DNA of 64,000 bases, taken from the NCBI GenBank assembly GCA_963833985.1, contig CAWIAD010000002.1:4192001-4256000 (forward strand). The letters run 5' to 3'. The translations under genes and the position numbers were made by a program. The notes beneath the pieces are model-generated. The model saw only the letters and a list, made by a program, of their open reading frames with translations, searched no databases and was not told the DNA's origin. How positions within the stretch are numbered: the stretch's first letter is position 1; each line of letters opens with the position of its first letter. This DNA comes from an uncultured Planctomycetaceae bacterium (GTDB lineage Bacteria > Planctomycetota > Planctomycetia > Isosphaerales > Isosphaeraceae). Below are positions 1 to 10,886 of the stretch, one piece after another.

Positions 1-13
1 CACCGAGGTAACG

Positions 14-624
14 ATGAATCTACCAAGATACACGGCCGATGACCTGAAGAAACTTCCCCTGCGTGCCATCGTGGCACTGGCGGTGCGCGTGCGCGGAGGG
101 TCGAGCGGCTGGCCTTGCTTCCGGAGGATCGGGCCGGCGCCAGCGAGCTGAAAGCGGCCGTGAGCCGTGCCCTGGAGATGGCCGAGCGATTTGCGCATGG
201 CCAGCCCTGTTCGTCCTGCGAGAGCGAGATCCGCCAGCTCGAGCCGTTCCGGGATCACGCTCATGGAGACCCCGCGCGGCAGGACGCTATCGCCGCCATC
301 ATCCAGGCGGTGCAGGCCGCTGACACCGCTCAGAACGCCATGAACATCCGGGCCGAGCCGGCGGAGCGGCACCTGCTGGGTCCTGCCCCGGAAGCCGGCC
401 CGCTCGCTGATCTGGACCGGGTCGCGGCCGACGTGGCCACGCTGTGCGGCTTCACTGCCGCGGTCGACGCGGCCGACGCTCTCGGCTATTCCGACGCGTT
501 CATTCACCAGTCCGTGGCCGACTACGAGAAGGTCCTCAGCATGAAGCTGGGACAATACCCCGATGCCGGCGAGCCGATCGATCCCTCGGCCGACGGACCT
601 CTCGGGCCGACGGGTGCCGAATAG
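14..624 (+). CDS. Hypothetical protein (one probable frameshift near 85-95)
   Basis: GAGG RBS then ATG at 14 (MNLPRYTADDLKKLPLRAIVALAVR); the reading continues as ARRVERLALLPEDRAG in the frame of ORF 115..624. Confidence 0.6.
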
Positions 625-644
625 ACGGTGGATCATGCCGATTC

Positions 645-1496
645 TCAACCGGGCGCCGCGGCGCTGCCTCCCTGATGGATGGCCCTGCGGATCTCCAGGC
701 AGGTTCGCAGCAGCCGCTCCAGGTCATCGAGGCGGAGCGAGTTCGGTCCGTCCGAGAGCGCACGGTCCGGGTCGGGGTGAACCTCCAGGAAGAGGGCATC
801 GCAGCCGGCCGCCACCGCCGCGCGGGCCAGGACAGGGATCATGTCGCGCTGGCCCGAGGTCGTGGTGCCTCCGCTGCCGGCGCCGGGAAGCTGAACGGAA
901 TGGGTCGCGTCAAACACCACCGGGGCCCCCGTCTCTTGCATCTGCGGGATCGCACGGAAGTCGTTGACCAGCCGGCCGTATCCGAAGGTCGTTCCCCGCT
1001 CGGTCAAGATCGCCCCGGATGCGCCGAACGCTCGCAGCTTGGAGACGACGTTCGCCATGTCCCAGGGGGCCATGAATTGTCCCTTCTTCACGTTCACGGG
1101 CCGGCCGGTTGCGGCCGCCGCCTCCAGAAGATCGGTCTGCCGTGCCAGAAATGCGGGAACCTGGAGCAGGTCCACCACTTCCGCCATGCGAGCCGGCTGC
1201 TGCGTCTCGTGCACGTCGGTGGTCACCGGCAGCCCGGTCTCGCTCTTGACCCTGGCGAGCACGTGCATGCCCGCGGACAGGCCGGGCCCGCGGTAGCTGG
1301 AGACCGACGTGCGGTTCGCCTTGTCGTAGGACGCCTTGAAGACCAGAGGAATTCCCAGGGGCTGGCAGATCTCGACCAGCCGGACCGCGATGCGCAGGGT
1401 CATGTCGCCCGGTTCGATCACGCACGGGCCGGCAATCAGGGCCAGGGGTTGCCCCTTGCCGATCCTGGCTGGGCCGACAGTCACGGGATTGGTCAC
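645..1496 (-). CDS. kdsA: 3-deoxy-D-manno-octulosonate 8-phosphate (KDO8P) synthase
   Basis: Motifs [71 protein letters not shown] start at 1496 inferred (ORF 645..2705 is over-extended). Confidence 0.95.
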   Translation of the reverse strand: MTNPVTVGPARIGKGQPLALIAGPCVIEPGDMTLRIAVRLVEICQPLGIPLVFKASYDKANRTSVSSYRGPGLSAGMHVLARVKSETGLPVTTDVHETQQPARMAEVVDLLQVPAFLARQTDLLEAAAATGRPVNVKKGQFMAPWDMANVVSKLRAFGASGAILTERGTTFGYGRLVNDFRAIPQMQETGAPVVFDATHSVQLPGAGSGGTTTSGQRDMIPVLARAAVAAGCDALFLEVHPDPDRALSDGPNSLRLDDLERLLRTCLEIRRAIHQGGSAAAPG

Positions 1497-1687
1497 TTCA
1501 TCAACCACGTCCGGTCTCCTTCCCGCGGGATGAATTCTCCGGCCCGGACCCTCGATACGTGTTCCGGTCCGTCCACACCGCCCACCTCGGGCGAAGCAAT
1601 CCGCGGCAACGCGTTTGCGCCATGCGATTTGCGTCAGACGGATTGAAGGGCCACTGCGGAATTCCGCATGAACCTGGCGGGCGGATT

Positions 1688-2824
1688 CTAACGCAGCCAG
1701 GGCGATCTGACGAGCGGAACCCGCTGCCGCCTGGCGGCCTTCGGCGCGGGGACGAGAACGCGGATCGCACCCGGCACGACCTCGATGGTCCCGCCGTGTG
1801 CATCGACCGCGCACGGTGCGTGCTGGTTCCGGGACCGTGCGTGATCGGCCGGGGTACCATTCGGCGGCAGCAAGAAACCGCCCGGGTCGCCGTCCACCTG
1901 CACCGGAATGGACTCCGCCGAGGTCAGGGTGAGCTTCTGGAACCGGCGATGGAAGACGCCCGGATGCTCCAGGTGTGTGCCGCGGAAGACGCGCCACAGA
2001 TAGTAGAGCGCCTGGAAGGGGCCGGGATCGCGGAACACGACGAGATCCAGCAGCCCGTCGTTCTGATCGGCCTGCGGGGCGAAGGGAAGACCCAGGGCGT
2101 AGCGCGGGAGATTGAAGATGAAGACGGTGGTGCCGCTCAGGCATTCTTCCTTGCCGGCGTCCTCGATCGAGATATGGATGCGCGGAAAGCGGTAAAACAG
2201 GCTCGACCGCAGAATCGGTTCCACATAGGCGGCCCGATGGGTGGGTTTGATCTTGCCGGAGCGCGACGTCCTGCCGCGATGGTGCCGCGTGACGACGTCG
2301 CCGTCGAAGCCGAACCCGGTCATCAGCAGGAATCGACGGCCGCCCGCGATTCCCAGGTCGGTCTGCTGAAGATGTCCGGCGGCGATGTCCCGGACGAGCG
2401 ACGCCGTGTTGCGGCGGAGCCCGAAATGCTGGGCCGCAAGATTCTCCGTGCCGGCGGGCAGCACGGTGATCGGTACGCCTGGCTTTTCGTTGATGAGGGC
2501 GGAGACGGTCCCGTCGCCCCCCACGGCCACCAGGCAGCGGCACCCTGGGCGCGACGCGGATTCGGCCACAAGCGATCGCCGCTCCGCCGGCGTCCAGGCA
2601 ACCTCGCTGGCGAAGCCGAGCCGGGCCAGCTTGCCGACCAGGCGCCGGACCAGGAGAGCATTTCTCCCGGTTCCCGAGCTGCGGTTGACGACAATCCCCA
2701 CCCACGATCCTCCCTCGGCGGAGGTGCGGGCGGCGGGATGTTCGGTCAGCTCCATTCCGTGGCTCAAGGTCGCTCGGCCGTTCCCGGCACCCACCACGCT
2801 GTCAACTGATCCCTGTGAGCTCAT
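1688..2824 (-). CDS. Diacylglycerol/lipid kinase family protein (YegS/DAGK-like)
   Basis: Motifs [43 protein letters not shown]; start uncertain (2824 or 2755). Confidence 0.85.
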   Translation of the reverse strand: MSSQGSVDSVVGAGNGRATLSHGMELTEHPAARTSAEGGSWVGIVVNRSSGTGRNALLVRRLVGKLARLGFASEVAWTPAERRSLVAESASRPGCRCLVAVGGDGTVSALINEKPGVPITVLPAGTENLAAQHFGLRRNTASLVRDIAAGHLQQTDLGIAGGRRFLLMTGFGFDGDVVTRHHRGRTSRSGKIKPTHRAAYVEPILRSSLFYRFPRIHISIEDAGKEECLSGTTVFIFNLPRYALGLPFAPQADQNDGLLDLVVFRDPGPFQALYYLWRVFRGTHLEHPGVFHRRFQKLTLTSAESIPVQVDGDPGGFLLPPNGTPADHARSRNQHAPCAVDAHGGTIEVVPGAIRVLVPAPKAARRQRVPLVRSPWLR

Positions 2825-3092
2825 GCGTCGCCCTGATCTCCGCCATCCCATGACCCGGGTGCCGTTTTTGTTAAGATTCCGGGTGGGTTCCAATAACTCA
2901 TCGAGAATAATGCATGGTAGTAAAAAAGGGAAACGGGGTCAACCCAGTGGGGAAGATTGGTGCGCCGGGCTGATCGTTGTGCGCCGGGCTTGCACGGCCA
3001 TGCCGGGGGTGACGCCTCAATACGAACGCGAGCCGGAGACACCCCTGTGGAGTGTTCCGGCTCTCGGGTGCAGTCGGCAGGGCCGTCCGGGA

Positions 3093-3623
3093 TCACCGAG
3101 CCGTGCGGCGGAGGGTCTCCACGCTGCTGGTGTAGGTCTTCTTGAACTGATCGCGCAGACTTGCCAGGCGTGCCCGCAGCTCCTCGTCGCGGGCCATGAG
3201 CTGCTTGACCTCGTCCCGGGCGGTGGCGAGGGCCTTCTGATCGACGGCCAGTTCGGCCGACCGCTCCGTCTGATGCTGCTGGGCCGATTGCACGGTTTCC
3301 TGCACGGTGGCCAGCTCATAACGCACCCGCGAGAGGACCTCGGCCGCATTGGAAGCGAGCCGCTGGACGTCATTCTGGCGTGAGTTCATGACCATCAGCT
3401 CGCGATCCATCGTCGCCTGCAAGACATGGGTCTGGTCCTTGACCGCGACGATCTCGTTTTGCGTGGTGCGAAGATTCTCCTGCAACTTGGCCACGCGTTC
3501 GGTGAGCGTGATCAGGGCCTGGTTGCCGTTGCGATTGAGCTGGTCGACCCCGGCCGTGAGAATCACCCAGACCAGCGAAAAGAGCAGGATCAATACAGTC
3601 AGGACTTTACCCGCGGTGGACAT
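3093..3623 (-). CDS. Membrane-anchored coiled-coil hypothetical protein
   Basis: AGGAG RBS, N-terminal hydrophobic helix, then a heptad-rich Q/E/L/R region. Confidence 0.75.
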   Translation of the reverse strand: MSTAGKVLTVLILLFSLVWVILTAGVDQLNRNGNQALITLTERVAKLQENLRTTQNEIVAVKDQTHVLQATMDRELMVMNSRQNDVQRLASNAAEVLSRVRYELATVQETVQSAQQHQTERSAELAVDQKALATARDEVKQLMARDEELRARLASLRDQFKKTYTSSVETLRRTAR

Positions 3624-3914
3624 CAGTCCGCTCCTGGCAGAGGCACCATGAGATCACGCCGCGGAGACCGTTCCGAAGCCGCGTGCGCTGAATCTCCCGT
3701 GATATCGGCTGATCGAGGCGACAGACGATGACGGAAGCCGATCGCGGATGGCGAATTCCGGCGTCCTGGTCGCAACTTTTCCTAATATACCCTGCGTTCC
3801 GGAGCTTCGCCAATCCCGCCCGGAAATCTCGGCGGCCGGGATACGGTTGCTGATGCCCGGGGAGAGCGTGAGCGGGTATGCTCGGACCGGATGATCACCG
3901 AGGGAAGACAGACC

Positions 3915-5723
3915 ATGCTTGCAAGCCTCCGAGCCCGTCCGGAATGGGCCTTCTTTCTCAGCCTGAGCGCCGCGCAGCCCGCGCTGGCCCTGGCCTGGTG
4001 GGGGGTGCTGATCCTCCGCGGGCTGCTGCCGGCTGCCTTCGCCGTGGTCGCGGGCGCCCTCGTGGGCGCGGTGCAGCGCGGGGAAGATCCTCAGGCGCTG
4101 CTCTGGCTGCTGGCCGGGGTTTTCCTGCCGCTCCAGGTGTTGCCGCCCCTGCACCAGGTCCTCAGCGCCAATCTGGGCACGCGGACTTCCGAGTGGCTCA
4201 ATGACCGGCTGGTGATGGCCTGCGTCCGACCGCCGGGCATGGGCCATCTCGAGAGCCCGGAGCTGACCAGCGACCTGAGCATGGCGCGTGACTTCGACCT
4301 GGGCATCAGCGGGCCGCCCATGGCCATCTCGATGGACTTCATTGCCTCGGGATTGATGGAGATGGCGGCGGGCCTGGCCGCAACGGCCGTGGTGGCGGCG
4401 TATGCCTGGTGGGCGGCCGTGCTGCTGGCCGGAAGCTGGCTGGCGACGCACTGGCTGCTGCGCGAAAGCAGCGTCTGGCGCGATCGCAACACCGAGGAGG
4501 TGCGGCAGGCCCAGCGGCAGGCCGATTACGCCTATCGCCTGGCGGTCGAGCCGCATGCCGCCAAGGAGCTGCGGCTCTTTGGCCTGGCGGGCTGGACCGT
4601 GGAGCGGTTCCGGGCCAGCAGGCGGCGCCTGTTCCAGCTGCGCTGGGAGGCCACCAGGCTGCGCGAGCAGCCGCTCCTGTGGAGCGTGCTCCTGGTGCTG
4701 GCGGCAAACCTGGTGGTGTTCCTGTCAGTGGCCAGCGCGGCCGCGAACGGCACCTTGCCGCTGGACCGCGCCGTGACGTTCACGACGGCGGCTGCCTTGA
4801 CCAGCCTGATTGCCTTTGGCGGGCTATCCTGGGCACTCGACGGCGCCGCGGCGCCGGTGGCCGCGGTGCTTCGCCTTCAACAGGCGATGGCTCCGGCCGG
4901 AGGCGCTGGCTGCGGGCAGCCAACCGGCCGCTGGCCGGCCGGCACGCGAGATCCGCTGCCGCAACCTGACGTTCGCCTACCCGGGTACCGGCGAGCCGGT
5001 CCTGCGCGGTTTCGATTTGACGATCCCGGCCGGGTCGTCGCTGGCGATCGTTGGTCAGAACGGCGCGGGCAAGACCACGCTGGCGAAGCTGCTTTGCCGG
5101 CTTTACGATCCCCAGCAAGGTGCCATCGAGGTCGATGGCGCCGATCTGCGTACGCTCGACCTCGACGCCTGGCGGCACGCGTGACCGCCGTCTTCCAGGA
5201 CTTCATCCGTTTCGAGCTGCCCCTCCGCGACAACGTCGCACCGGCCGGTGCGCCCGACGACGCGATCCGCGCGGCGCTCGCGGACGCCGGAGCGGCCAAA
5301 CTGGCCGGGCTCGAGACTGTGCTGGCGAAAGGATACGAGGGGGGAACGGACCTGAGCGGCGGTCAGTGGCAGCGGGTGGCGCTGGCCCGCGCCCTCTGTG
5401 CCGTGCGGCAAGGCGCGGGCCTGGTGCTGCTGGACGAGCCCACCGCGCAGCTGGACGTGCGCGGCGAGGCCGAGATCTTCGACCGCATCCTGGCTGCCAC
5501 CCGCCACACCACGACGATTCTCATCTCGCACCGGTTCTCCACCGTGCGCCACGCCGACCGGATCTGCGTGCTCGAGGGCGGCCGCGTGATCGAGCTGGGC
5601 TCACACGACGAGCTGATGGCGCTGGGAGGCCGCTACCGGACCATGTTTGAGCTCCAGGCCTCGCGGTTCGGTTCCGAAACCATCGAGGAAGGTGAAGAGA
5701 CCAGCGATGACCTCCTCTCCTGA
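3915..5723 (+). CDS. ABC exporter, fused permease/ATPase subunit 1 (two compensating frameshifts near 4890 and 5180)
   Basis: N-terminal TM domain; Walker A GQNGAGKT lies in the frame of ORF 4810..5184; LSGGQWQR, LLDEPT and ISHRFS are in the main frame. Confidence 0.88.
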   Translation: MLASLRARPEWAFFLSLSAAQPALALAWWGVLILRGLLPAAFAVVAGALVGAVQRGEDPQALLWLLAGVFLPLQVLPPLHQVLSANLGTRTSEWLNDRLVMACVRPPGMGHLESPELTSDLSMARDFDLGISGPPMAISMDFIASGLMEMAAGLAATAVVAAYAWWAAVLLAGSWLATHWLLRESSVWRDRNTEEVRQAQRQADYAYRLAVEPHAAKELRLFGLAGWTVERFRASRRRLFQLRWEATRLREQPLLWSVLLVLAANLVVFLSVASAAANGTLPLDRAVTFTTAAALTSLIAFGGLSWALDGAAAPVAAVLRLQQAMAPAGGAGCGQPTGRWPAGTRDPLPQPDVRLPGYRRAGPARFRFDDPGRVVAGDRWSERRGQDHAGEAALPALRSPARCHRGRWRRSAYARPRRLAARVTAVFQDFIRFELPLRDNVAPAGAPDDAIRAALADAGAAKLAGLETVLAKGYEGGTDLSGGQWQRVALARALCAVRQGAGLVLLDEPTAQLDVRGEAEIFDRILAATRHTTTILISHRFSTVRHADRICVLEGGRVIELGSHDELMALGGRYRTMFELQASRFGSETIEEGEETSDDLLS

Positions 5724-7521
5724 TGACCTGCCACCGGCGCTTTCCTCCATGTGGCGTGCGCTGCGCCGCGGCTACGCGGCCGAGCCGGGGCTGCTCCTGG
5801 CGGCGTTCGGGCTGGCGCTGCTGGCCGCGCTGCCGGACGCCCTGCTCGCCCTGCTCTTCAAGCTGCTCGCCGACGGCGTACTGGCCGGCCAGCGCGGGCT
5901 GGTGCTGGCCGCGGCCGCGGGCCTGGCCATCGCCGCCACGGGCACCTGGTTCCTGCGGGTCGTGAGCATTCGCGTGCAGCGCCGGTTTCGCGACCAGGTC
6001 ACCATCGCCCTGGAAACACATGTCGCCCGGCTTCAAGCGTCGGTGGCCAGCATCGAACATCACGAGCGGCCCGACTATCTCAATCGCCTGGCGGTGCTGC
6101 GCGACCAGGTGTTCGTGCTTGACCACATTTACATGTCGATCTTTTCGACGGGCGGCTGGATCCTGAGGCTGGGGGTCACGGTGGCGCTCCTGGTTTCGAT
6201 TCACCCGGCGCTGGCGTTGCTGGCCCTGTTCGCACTGCCCACCGTGCTCACCTCGACGTGGCGGCCGGGCGTGGAGCGCGCCGCCGAGGAGCAAGGAGCG
6301 CCGGCCTCGCGCCTGGCCAGGCACCTGTTCCTGACCGCCACGACGGCCGCGCCGGGGAAGGAAGTGCGGGTCACGGGAATTGGCGAGCACCTGGCCGCCC
6401 AGCGCCGGGCTGCGTGGAAGCGGTGGTACTCGGCCCTGGCACGGGCGCGATGGCAAAGCGCCGCCTGGCACACGCTGGGGTGGTCCGTATTCGCCCTTGG
6501 CTACATTGCCGCGGTCCTTTTCGTCACGCTCGGGCTGCACGCGTCGCCCGGCAACCTGCTGCTGGTGCTGACGGCCGGGGCGCGGCTCTCGGCGTACATC
6601 GGCGCCACGGTGGGCGAGATCGGTTTCCTGCGCGGCATCTGGCTGGACGGCTCACGACGGCTGGCATGGCTGGAAGACTACGCGGCTGCGCTCGTCGAGG
6701 ACAGTCGAGAGCCCGTGCCGGACCGGTTGCGCGAGGGTATTCGCTTCGAGCACGTCTCGTTCGTCTACCCGGGGACCACGCGGAAGGTGCTTGACGATGT
6801 GTGTCTGAATCTGCCGGCCGGCGCCGTGGTCGCCATCGTGGGCGAGAACGGCGCGGGCAAGAGCACGCTGGTGAAGCTGCTCTGCCGGCTCTACCAGCCA
6901 CAAAGCGGACGCATCCTGGTGGATGGCCGCGAGCTGGCGCGGCTGGACGTCGAGGCGTGGCGATCGCGGCTGGCCGGCGCATTCCAGGATTTCTTCCGGT
7001 TCGAGCTCCAGGCGCGGCAGACCGTGGGCATTGGCGACCTGCCCCGGCTCGACGACGAGCCCGCGGTGGCGCGGGCGGTGGACCGGGCCGGCGCCGAAGG
7101 CCTGGTCGCGGGGATGGCCTCCGGCTTGAGCACGCAGCTCGGCCCCACCTGGCCCGGCGGCGTGGAAGTGAGCTTCGGCCAGTGGCAGAAGCTGGCGCTG
7201 GCGCGCGGCTTCATGCGCGACGATCCGCTGCTGCTGGTACTGGACGAGCCCACCGCGGCGCTCGATGCCGAGACCGAGCACGCGCTGTTCGAACGCTACG
7301 CCGCAGCCGCGCGGAACGGCAAGGCCGGCAGCCGCAACGGCGCCGAGCAGGGACGGATCACCATCCTGGTTTCGCATCGTTTCAGCACCGTGCGGATGGC
7401 CGACCTGATCGTCGTGCTCGACGGCGCGCGTGTCGCGGAAGTGGGCTCGCACGAGGAGCTGATTGCCCGGGGCGGACCGTATTCCGAGCTGTACGGCATC
7501 CAGGCAGCCGCGTACCGCTGA
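5707..7521 (+). CDS. ABC exporter, fused permease/ATPase subunit 2 (probable heterodimer partner)
   Basis: GENGAGKST, VSFGQWQK (degenerate signature), VLDEPT, VSHRFS; overlaps the stop of the upstream paralog. Confidence 0.9.
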   Translation: MTSSPDDLPPALSSMWRALRRGYAAEPGLLLAAFGLALLAALPDALLALLFKLLADGVLAGQRGLVLAAAAGLAIAATGTWFLRVVSIRVQRRFRDQVTIALETHVARLQASVASIEHHERPDYLNRLAVLRDQVFVLDHIYMSIFSTGGWILRLGVTVALLVSIHPALALLALFALPTVLTSTWRPGVERAAEEQGAPASRLARHLFLTATTAAPGKEVRVTGIGEHLAAQRRAAWKRWYSALARARWQSAAWHTLGWSVFALGYIAAVLFVTLGLHASPGNLLLVLTAGARLSAYIGATVGEIGFLRGIWLDGSRRLAWLEDYAAALVEDSREPVPDRLREGIRFEHVSFVYPGTTRKVLDDVCLNLPAGAVVAIVGENGAGKSTLVKLLCRLYQPQSGRILVDGRELARLDVEAWRSRLAGAFQDFFRFELQARQTVGIGDLPRLDDEPAVARAVDRAGAEGLVAGMASGLSTQLGPTWPGGVEVSFGQWQKLALARGFMRDDPLLLVLDEPTAALDAETEHALFERYAAAARNGKAGSRNGAEQGRITILVSHRFSTVRMADLIVVLDGARVAEVGSHEELIARGGPYSELYGIQAAAYR

Positions 7522-7587
7522 GCGGCCTCCGCTGGCGCCATCAGGTGTGGATCAAGCCTCCGGGATCGAGGCGTCCGTGAGGACCAT

Positions 7588-7872
7588 GTACGGTGCGTCC
7601 AGCGCAGCGACGACGCACCGGGACGGCATCGTCACGCAGGACAACGCCAGGGAGCGATCCGGCCACCGTTTCTATCGCCAACAGCGTGGCAACCGGCTAC
7701 CAGGTCGAATCATCAACGTGGGATACGATTCCAATCGTGTCACTTTTTCGATCTCCTCGTGGGACACGATACCAATCGGTGCGTCGGCGCTGTGCGGGAC
7801 ACACTCTACCAGCCGGATGGCCTTCGCATGCATGCACACGCAGGGTGCGTCCAGCGCAGCGCCGACACACCG
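7588..7872. repeat. Cluster of GTAG-type REP palindromes (three copies, +/-/+) plus two copies of a second hairpin family
   Basis: Copies at 7588-7620, 7777-7809 (reverse) and 7840-7872 match GTAGGGTGCGTCCAGCGCAGCGACGACGCACCG; CGTGGGAYACGATWCCAATCG occurs near 7717 and 7758. Confidence 0.85.
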
Positions 7873-8216
7873 CAGGCTGATACCGGGAATCCGCTCACGA
7901 GCCCGTCACCGGGCGCAACTTCGTGAATCTCGAGTTCACCTTGTCCGCTCAGGACGGTCGTAGGGTGCTTCCGGTAGCAACGCCCGGGAATCATGCGTTC
8001 TTACCCCGCAGCCGTTGCCGGGACCAGTTTTGCTGTCACCCCTGGCACAGCGGCCCATCAACCTCGCGCAGCGCCGGGTCCCAGAGCGGCTGCTTTCGTT
8101 TTGCCACGGGCCGCGCGGTTCTTGTATCTGCTCGGTTCTTGTCGATAGCCGACGGCCCAACTATGCTAACTCGCATTCATTAACGACTTTTCGCCAGCCA
8201 GGAACATGAGCCACGT

Positions 8217-9302
8217 ATGATCACTCGAAGCGAGTTGAAGCGCCTCCAGTCACATCGCGACTATCCGTCCCTTTCCATTCTGGCACCCACGCATCGCACC
8301 GCCCCGGCCAACAAGAAAGACCGGATCGCCGTGAAAAACCTGGTGGCGAAGGGAGAGGAGCGGCTGCTCAGAGAGTTCAAGAAGCGCGAGGTCGCTTCGA
8401 TCGTTCAAAACTTGAAAAAGCTCGTGAGCCAGGTGGACTGGGAGCACGCGCTGGACGGACTTGCCCTGTTCGCCAGCCGCGAGGTCGCGACCGCGCTTCC
8501 GCTTCCCTTCCGGGTGAAGGCACGGGTCGTGATGGACGCCACGTTTGCAACCCGCGACCTGGTGTACACGCTGAACCGATCGCCCCGATACCGGGTGCTC
8601 GTGCTCTCCGAGAAGCCGACCCGCCTCTTCGAGGCGGCCACCAACGTCCTGACGGAGCATACGGCAAAGCCCTTCCCGATGGTGCACAAGGGCGCGGGAG
8701 GTGCGTCACGGTTGCCGGCGGGCCAGGGAATCAACCGCTCGGGCATTCGCGACGAGGAACACCGCAAGTTCTTTCGCGAGGTCGACGCGGCCCTTGCGGC
8801 CATCCAGAAGGATGACCCGCTGCCCGTGGTCGTGGTCGGCGTGGACCGCTATCTCGCGTTCTACCAGGAGATCACCAGGGACCCGAATGCGATCGTCGGG
8901 CTGGTGGCGGGGAGCCACGACGAAACCAGCCCCAGCGCGCTGGGGAAGCTCACCTGGCCGGTCTTCCAGTCTGGAGCCACCCTCAGAAGAACGCGCGCCC
9001 TGGTACGGCTTGACGAGGCCGTGAGCGTGAACCGGCACGCCTCGGGGATCGACCAGGTGTGGCGCACGGCGTTCGAAGAGCGCTGCCAGATCCTGCTGGT
9101 GGAAACGGATTTTGAATATCCCGCTGACCTCGCTCCGCAAGGCGACCGCCTCCTGCCCTATACCGGTGCAGGCGAAGCCGCTCTGGACGACGCGGTGGAC
9201 GAGCTGATCGAGCAGGTCCTCGCCGATGGCGGCGAGGTCTTCTTCTACCAGTCCGGGGCTCTGGATCTGCACCAGCGCATCGGGGCAGTACTGCGCTACT
9301 GA
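8217..9302 (+). CDS. Bacterial aeRF1-like protein (baeRF3 type; candidate ribosome hibernation or rescue factor)
   Basis: N-terminal PSLSILAPTHRTAP..DRIAVKNL, LDGLALF, FATRDLV, YRVLVLSEKPTRLF, and C-terminal DDAVDELIEQVL..GGEVFF..RIGAVLRY (eRF1 domain 3-like); no GGQ. Confidence 0.8.
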   Translation: MITRSELKRLQSHRDYPSLSILAPTHRTAPANKKDRIAVKNLVAKGEERLLREFKKREVASIVQNLKKLVSQVDWEHALDGLALFASREVATALPLPFRVKARVVMDATFATRDLVYTLNRSPRYRVLVLSEKPTRLFEAATNVLTEHTAKPFPMVHKGAGGASRLPAGQGINRSGIRDEEHRKFFREVDAALAAIQKDDPLPVVVVGVDRYLAFYQEITRDPNAIVGLVAGSHDETSPSALGKLTWPVFQSGATLRRTRALVRLDEAVSVNRHASGIDQVWRTAFEERCQILLVETDFEYPADLAPQGDRLLPYTGAGEAALDDAVDELIEQVLADGGEVFFYQSGALDLHQRIGAVLRY

Positions 9303-9329
9303 CCGGCACCTGGTGCATGCGGCAGGCGT

Positions 9330-9351
9330 GGCGCGCGTGCCGACGCGCGCC
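9330..9351. terminator. GC-rich hairpin between convergent genes (possible terminator or RNA stabiliser)
   Basis: GGCGCGCGT-gccg-ACGCGCGCC perfect 9-bp stem; no U-tract. Confidence 0.35.
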
Positions 9352-9387
9352 CGGCCGCGCCGCGCCGCGTCCGCGATCGGGCAGGCT

Positions 9388-10680
9388 TCACCCGATCGCC
9401 TTGATGGCCTTCAAGACGGCATCGGCGAAGACGTCGATCTCGTCGGCCGCCGTATCGACGTTGGGAGTGATCCGCAGGCCGGAGAACTCGGCATGCTTGA
9501 TCGCGACGGTGATGATGCGATGCTTCGACCAGAGCCGTTCCTTGAGCTTTGGGGGATCGATGCCGTCCACGTGCAAGAGCCCGATGGCGCACGAGCGGTC
9601 GCACTCGCGCGGTGACAGCAGCCGGGCACGAGGGGTCGCCGCGGCAAGCTGCTCTGCCCAGCGGTTACGCAGGTATCGCAGCCTGGCGATCTTCCGTTCC
9701 GCGGTGATGGCCCGATGAAACGCCAGGGCGCCGGCGATCGCGTTGTGGAGCGCGGCGGGGTGCGTGCCGATCTCCTCGAACTTGCGGATGTCGGCGTTCA
9801 TCGATTCCGGCGCCGCCATGAGCGGCCAGATCCGGGGAATGAGCGCCTTGCGGACATACAGGAAGCCGGTGCCGACGGGGGCCAGCAGCCACTTGTGCAG
9901 GCTGGTGGCGTAGTAGTCGCAGCCCAGCTCATCGCGGCGGAACGGGAAATGCGCGAAGGCATGGGCGCCGTCGACGAAGGTCTCGGCTCCGTGCGCGCGA
10001 GCCATGTCCGCAATCTGTCGAACCGGCAGGATGTTGCCGGTGAGGTTCACCACGTGGGTGACCTCGACGACGCGCGTCCTCGGCGTCATGGCCGACCGAT
10101 ACCTGCCCACGACCTCTTCCGGCGCGGGGCTGGGCCCGCCCAGCGAGATGCGCTTCACCACGATGCCGTCGCGGCGAGCGCGCTGGTCCCAGGCCGTGAG
10201 CATCCGCGGGTAGTTCTGATCGGAGACCACGACCTCGTCGCCGCGCTGAAGGTGGATTCCGGCGATCAACGTCTGCATGGATTCCGAGGCGTTGCGGGTG
10301 ATGGCGACCTCTTCCGGATCGCACCCGAACTCCCGGGCCAGCTCGCGGCGGACCGACTCGATGCGCGGTTCCAGCACTTCCCACATCTGATGCGCGGGGG
10401 CGACGTTGGCGAACCGCGTGTCGCGAATCATGGCGTCCAGGACGGCAAGCGTGGCGGGTGCAACGCCCCCGTGATTGAGATTGATGAGCGTCCGGTCCGC
10501 GTCGAACGCGCGGCGGATCTCGGACCAGTAGTCCTCGGCGGCGGCCAGGTCGTCGCCGGCATGTCCCCGTGACATCTCGGCGGCCTTCACCACGTGTGTG
10601 ACCGCGTCCGAAGCAAAGCATACCGCAGCAGCCGCGCCCGCGACAAAACCCCGTCGATTGCTGTCGACCAAGAGACTCAC
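9388..10680 (-). CDS. Class V PLP-dependent aminotransferase (isopenicillin N epimerase/cysteine desulfurase-like) with a Tat signal
   Basis: NRRGFV twin-arginine motif; LINLNHGG, AITRNASE, VDGAHAFAH, SLHKWLLAP (PLP lysine), EIGT. Confidence 0.88.
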   Translation of the reverse strand: MSLLVDSNRRGFVAGAAAAVCFASDAVTHVVKAAEMSRGHAGDDLAAAEDYWSEIRRAFDADRTLINLNHGGVAPATLAVLDAMIRDTRFANVAPAHQMWEVLEPRIESVRRELAREFGCDPEEVAITRNASESMQTLIAGIHLQRGDEVVVSDQNYPRMLTAWDQRARRDGIVVKRISLGGPSPAPEEVVGRYRSAMTPRTRVVEVTHVVNLTGNILPVRQIADMARAHGAETFVDGAHAFAHFPFRRDELGCDYYATSLHKWLLAPVGTGFLYVRKALIPRIWPLMAAPESMNADIRKFEEIGTHPAALHNAIAGALAFHRAITAERKIARLRYLRNRWAEQLAAATPRARLLSPRECDRSCAIGLLHVDGIDPPKLKERLWSKHRIITVAIKHAEFSGLRITPNVDTAADEIDVFADAVLKAIKAIG

Positions 10681-10886
10681 CTCCGTCCGATCAAGCCGAT
10701 TCGCCTGTGGCGCGTCGCCTGGCGTGTTTGATCATCCGGGAATTTTCTGCGGGCGTCCAGCGGCTTTCGGATCCGGCTGCCCGGTGCCGTTTGCAGCGAC
10801 TGGGCCTCTTGTTGAGCCGACGAGATGCAAGCGGGCCGCGACGCGAGCCTGGAAACGCCCGTACCGGGCGAAAGGGTTCAGCGCCG

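Noticed and set aside
645..2705. 686-aa ORF suggesting a long N-terminal extension on KdsA
   Set aside because: The upstream part is an alternative frame over the lipid kinase gene; KdsA similarity starts near 1496
3915..7521. ABC exporter pair as part of a RiPP or lasso peptide cluster
   Set aside because: No precursor, peptidase, cyclase or modifying enzyme is visible nearby
7588..7990. REP clusters as a mini-CRISPR, tRNA or attC array
   Set aside because: Copies alternate in orientation with irregular spacing; there is no cloverleaf and no integrase or cas gene nearby
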